Source of the DNA: Lama glama
Lineage: Eukaryota
Assembly: GCA_028534125.1 (NCBI GenBank)
Contig: CM052816.1
Location: 18,106,001 to 18,170,000 of the forward strand
Length of the DNA stretch: 64,000 nt
Direction: 5' to 3'
In this document: piece after piece, positions 61,531-64,000 of the stretch
Layout of the letters: every line of letters begins with the position of its first letter
Position numbering within the stretch: position 1 is the stretch's first letter
Program-made: the position numbers and the translations under genes
The notes under the pieces: model-generated
Seen by the model: the letters and a program-made list of their open reading frames with translations, nothing else
Databases searched by the model: none
What the model was told of the DNA's origin: nothing

Positions 61531-62974
61531 ACATTTTGATTATTTATTCACAACTATTTACTGCATCCTATGTACTGGGTGTTTGCCAGGTGCTAGGTTT
61601 ATTTTTAAGCACATCAGTTGTTCAAAGACAACTGCACTAAACCTGGTCAATCAAATGGCAAATATTTAAGAGTGGGAGGAGCTCCACTCTAGGAAAGATT
61701 TCTCAGAAAACAGCCTACTGAGAGAGATCCACAAATCCCACCTTTATTTGCAGAAGTGAGCATCTTTTCTCCACAGATGGCTATATTTAGTTTTCTTCTC
61801 ATATTTACATTTACAGACATATTTCAAAATTTTCCATCCCTTCATACTCAATGAATTGAGTTTTCAAGAGAAAAAGAATCCACATGAGATGTTTCAAAAA
61901 GGTTATTTTGGGAAAAGATTTGCAGTTGTTTGGAAGAATTTCTCCTCCTTCCTCCCCTTTAGATCTTAAAGTCATTAAGCACTTTGTGACTCTTGATATT
62001 GCCAGACTGGTTTCCAGTCACTTGGCCTTATTGTCCTGCCCTGAGAGCTCCTGCTCAGAGCTGCCTAATTAACAATGAGCCCACATCACTGCTTTTTTAC
62101 TTGCCTGTTCAAATTGATGGAGTGTTCAAAGTGAGACTTAAGAAGGCAGACAAGGGAAGTTGCTATTTTCCCCAGTGTCATGGGGTTTTACTTGCATTTT
62201 TCTTCTTTCGGGGCAGACCCAAGAATCTCCTGAACACTCCCATTAGCCATCCCTTACTGTAAACAACACTTTTCATTTTGCCCACTAAGTAAAAACACTC
62301 TTTTTGAGACAGAAAAAGGACCAAAAAGCCTCTGCCCAAAGCCCTTTGATCACTTGTTAATGAAATCAATGAAGTCACTAACTATAAAGCAGAAATCACA
62401 GCACCTAGGACCTTAATTGAGGCTGTTGCGTAAGAGAACAGGCATTTAATGAATTTTCATGTTTTCCTTTCCAATGCTTACAACATTTTGACACATTTGT
62501 TGTTTATCAGGATGGCATGTATTTGGGAGGTTAGGGAGGGGGAATGAGCCCAAAGGAAATGTGGCTGGCTGATTTAATTATCTCTCTTTGTGTAGAGTGA
62601 TATCCTTTCTAGTAAAGCACTGTACTGCATTACCCTGGATAAATTATGTTAGTTTTCCTACCCGGTGGGAAGGAGGAGGCATGAGCATTAGTCAAACCAA
62701 CTCTGCCTAGGGGAACGGCATCATGGGAATGTGGTTAATGGGATTGACTAAATGCCTTCTTAGTTTCTGGGCAAAGAAAGGAGATCTTTGAATAAAGAAC
62801 ATTTTTTTATATTCCTAATCTGAAGTTAATTCCACTTTCATGCATATCTTTATTACGTGGTAACTCAGGAGATGAAAGGTCTGAATTTGCAGGAGATGCA
62901 TTCTTTTCACATTCGTGCTTTGAAATCGTCAAATATGAGCGGGCCCTGGATCTAATATTCACTGATCACTCATT

Positions 62975-63164
62975 ATAAATGTTCTCAGCTATGGCTGGGC
63001 ATAAATATAAGCTGTGGAAATACAGAAACATACACCTTCAGATTTCCCTGCCTCTCAGCTGCCACACTAAATTTCTGATTCAGAGGGTCTGGTGGGGCTC
63101 CTGTGTCCATAGTTTAAGAAGTTCTTCAGGTGACTCTGGTGATCATCCTGTATGGGAACTAAGA
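62975..63164. mobile_element. MER5B-like MITE
   Basis: 'gttctcagctatggctg...ttctgattcagagggtctggtggggc...ttcaggtgactctggtgatcatcc...tgggaacta'. Confidence 0.65.
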
Positions 63165-63172
63165 ATCTAGAA

Positions 63173-63349
63173 CAGTGGTTCTTTAATTTCGGTGTGCATC
63201 AGAACTTCCTGGGGCTCAGATGGCTGAGCCCCATCCCTAGAGCTTCTGGTTTGGTAGGTCTAGGGCAGGAATCAAGAGTTTGTTTTTCTACCAAGTTCCC
63301 AGGGGATACTCATCCTGCTCATCCTGGAATCACACTCTGAGAGTCAGTG
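63173..63349. mobile_element. MER5A MITE
   Basis: 'cagtggttctttaatttcggtgtgcatcagaa...tttctaccaagttcccaggggat...cacactctgagagtcagtg'. 8-bp flanks atctagaa / atctgagg. Confidence 0.88.
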
Positions 63350-63357
63350 ATCTGAGG

Positions 63358-63569
63358 CAGAGGTCAGCAAACTATGACCTGGAGGCCAAATCCAGATGCC
63401 TCTTGTTTTGTAAATAAAATTCCATGAGATCACAATGCTCTTCCATTTATACATTGTCCCTAGCTGCCATCACAATATAATGGCACAGCTGAGTAACTGC
63501 AACTCTGTAACTCGTAAAGCCTAAATTCAGTACTATCTGGGCCTTGACAGAAAAATTTGTCAGTTCCTG
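63358..63569 (+). mobile_element. MER58A (hAT-Charlie)
   Basis: 'cagaggtcagcaaactatgacc...ggccaaatccag...ttttgtaaataaa...tactatctgggccttgacagaaaaatttgtcagttcctg'. 8-bp flanks atctgagg / atctggga. Confidence 0.9.
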
Positions 63570-63614
63570 ATCTGGGAGAGAATGGTCTAATTTTGGGATT
63601 TTATTTGGCGAAAG

Positions 63615-63690
63615 TGTTTCCAGATAAAATACAGGGCACCCAGTTAAATTTAAACTACGGATAAGAATGTCCCAAATATTTTATGCATAA
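63615..63690. mobile_element. MER53-like hAT fragment
   Basis: 'ccagataaaatacagggcacccagttaaattt...ataagaatgtcccaaatatt'. Confidence 0.75.
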
Positions 63691-64000
63691 AACCACTTCG
63701 GAAAACAGTCCAGCAGTTTCTTACAAAGTTAAATATACATGTTCCAGATAATGCAGTCATTACATTCCTAAGTATTTACCAAGGTAAATGAAAAAAAGGC
63801 CCACACAAATACTTGTATATAAATGTCCATAGCAGCAATTAACCCAAAATAAATAAAATTAAATTTAAAAAATAAAATAAAATAAAGCAACACTTGCCCA
63901 AATCTGTAAAAAGCTCAAATATCCACCATCAGGTGAATGGACAAACAAGTTGTGGTACATAGTTGAATATTACTCAGCAATAAAAAGGAACGAATAGTTG
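63690..64000 (+). mobile_element. Old L1M 3' fragment running off the window
   Basis: 'ccacttcggaaaacagtccagcagtttcttacaaagttaaatataca' and 'ggtgaatggacaaacaagttgtggtacat...aatattactcagcaataaaaaggaa'. Confidence 0.85.

Noticed and set aside
1..64000. Spliced host gene, processed pseudogene, RNA gene, CRISPR array or prokaryotic defence system
   Set aside because: No ORF resembles a protein I recognise outside TEs, and there is no consistent exon chain, tRNA/rRNA/snRNA motif or repeat-spacer array. Small exons or lncRNA exons cannot be excluded by eye.

Overview
This is a repeat-rich, non-coding (intergenic or deep-intronic) 64 kb stretch of a placental mammal genome. The young LINE-1 3' ends and the lack of any recognisable order-specific SINE suggest a cetartiodactyl, most likely a camelid (inference). 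I find no credible protein-coding exon, RNA gene, CRISPR array or prokaryote-type system. The ORF track is explained by chance ORFs and decayed L1 and MaLR sequence. The window is a mosaic of ancient eutherian repeats: MIR, L2, L1M, MaLR/ERVL/ERV1 LTRs and hAT DNA transposons (Zaphod, MER5, MER20, MER58, MER103, MER53). It also carries four young L1 insertions, three with visible target-site duplications. The points most worth checking are: (i) a CpG-dense patch behind an ERV LTR with a Kozak ATG, a 34-codon ORF and AATAAA; (ii) a 68-bp L1 tail insertion with a 14-bp TSD; (iii) an L1 with a 19-bp orphan segment between tail and TSD; (iv) two L1 copies truncated within 8 nt of each other; (v) a probable decayed MaLR provirus carrying nested insertions; (vi) a twin-primed L1MC; (vii) a stack of three hAT elements sharing target sites; (viii) a few repeat-free blocks with developmental TF motifs. 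Repeat family names come from recall of consensus sequences, not a database search. Boundaries of old elements are approximate.
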